This document shows, piece after piece, positions 62,631 through 64,000 of a stretch of 64,000 nucleotides of DNA. The stretch comes from Octopus sinensis (Eukaryota), in assembly GCF_006345805.1 (NCBI RefSeq), contig NC_043017.1:13516001-13580000 (forward strand). The letters run 5' to 3'. The notes under the pieces were generated by a model. That model did no database searches. It worked only from the letters and a program-made list of their open reading frames with translations, and had not been told where the DNA came from. Within the stretch, counting starts at the first letter, position 1, and each line of letters opens with the position of its first letter. The translations under genes were made by a program, and so were the position numbers.

Positions 62631-63182
62631 TGTATTAAACTCAATCCCCACACGTGCATACATACTTCGTCAGATCATCCCTGTCTTCTTTGTTGCACAA
62701 GAATGATGATAATAGTTTACTGAAGAAATTTTCTACAGCAAGAATGGAACCCGTTTCCTTCTTTTTATTTCTCTTTTTTTTTTTCTTTAAATATTATTTT
62801 TTAATAATGTCAGCTAAATTGTTCCAAGCAGTTATGAATTAAGAATTTTACGTAAGGAAAAAGTCATCATAACATGAACCAAACAGAGTTATTTCCCTTG
62901 CTCAGAAGCCCACCATAACGGAGAGATAGTGTTTGGGATAATGTAATTAACATAATCCCACAACCAACGAGAATGTAGGATTTAAGAGTTTTAAAAAATC
63001 AGTTTGAGAGGTCATGGCTGTATGGATAAGAAGTTCGCTACCCAATCACGTCATTTCAGATTCAGTCGCGCTTGAAGAATTATCTTGCTACTATAGCTTT
63101 TTGAGAGAATTTGGTAGATAGAAACTGAAAGAAGCTAGGCATATTCGTGTGTGTGTGTGTGTGTGTGTGTGCATATGTGTGC

Positions 63183-63277
<95 letters not shown>

Positions 63278-63610
63278 ATACACACACACACATATATATA
63301 TATATAATATATATATAGTGAGGACACATGGCCTAGCGGTTAGATGTTGATCTCAAGTATGTGAGATTGTGGTTTCAATTCCTAGACTGGATGGTGTGTT
63401 GTGTTCTTGAGCAGAACATTTCATCTCATTTTCTTCAGCTCTCACCTTGATACTGATGTGTGGTACACCGTGCACCTGTTCGGGCAATGTCTATTTGCTG
63501 GAGGGAGTGAGTCAATATGCACCACATACATTTGATCGCAATAAACAAATTCTTTGTGCAGGTCAGCACAAAATCTGAATACTCATACACCATCTTTGAT
63601 GGGAGAGTCC

Positions 63611-63644
<34 letters not shown>

Positions 63645-63759
63645 CAAGGGCTAAAGAAGGTTATTCTAAAGCGAATATACTGATAATCCACATTTAATCT
63701 ATTTGCTACAGAAAGTTGAACTGAAAATCGGGCAACTATACCTTTGGAACATTTAAATT

Positions 63760-63800
<41 letters not shown>

Positions 63801-64000
63801 AATTAGTATTTTGTTTGCAAAATTCAAGATGTGAACTCCTGGGTTGAAACAGCATTGTTGTATCTAGAGAAGGTCATAATGCTAACCACACACACTGATT
63901 CTATTTCACTTCTTTTTTTAGTTAACTAGTTAACATTTAACCAATTAATGAATAATCAATTAACTAATCAAACAGCCAATTAGTTAATTATTTGTTAAAT

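Noticed and set aside
62666-62732. Possible 67-nt minus-strand exon (NFFSKLLSSFLCNKEDRDDLT|GTATGT)
   Set aside because: Weak polypyrimidine tract and no match to PET-domain motifs that I can recognise.

Overview
AT-rich, microsatellite-dense animal genomic DNA. The repeat complement suggests an octopus (coleoid cephalopod); this is recalled similarity, not a search result. No prokaryotic genes, CRISPR arrays, rRNA or true tRNA genes were seen. One host exon is supported: a 216-nt, phase 0/0, minus-strand LIM-domain exon (35661-35876) of a PET-LIM/Prickle/Limpet-type gene, so most of the window is probably intronic. The remainder is largely mobile DNA. (1) A near full-length CR1-clade LINE (about 20247-24600, minus): ORF1 has an all-Cys PHD-like finger, a polyQ repeat, a coiled coil and an RRM-like region; ORF2 is APE plus RT. 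It is broken only by seven small indels, with no nonsense codons in the reconstructed frames. Its ORF1/ORF2 junction carries G-GGA-AAC directly before the stop, an AUG-less ORF2 and a perfect 15-bp hairpin. (2) RTE-clade fragments and amplified RTE 3'UTRs. (3) Two R4/Dong-like fragments inside (TAA)n SINE tails. (4) Three tRNA-like-headed SINE families. (5) Mariner, piggyBac-type, hAT-type and Helitron relics. (6) Several short non-coding elements, mostly next to (TA)n tracts, with inverted architecture or minimal type I hammerhead ribozyme motifs typical of Penelope-like elements. SINE names A/B/C and repeat D are my own working labels. All coordinates, alignments and folds were done by eye. 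Most of the ORF track is microsatellite or SINE translation noise.
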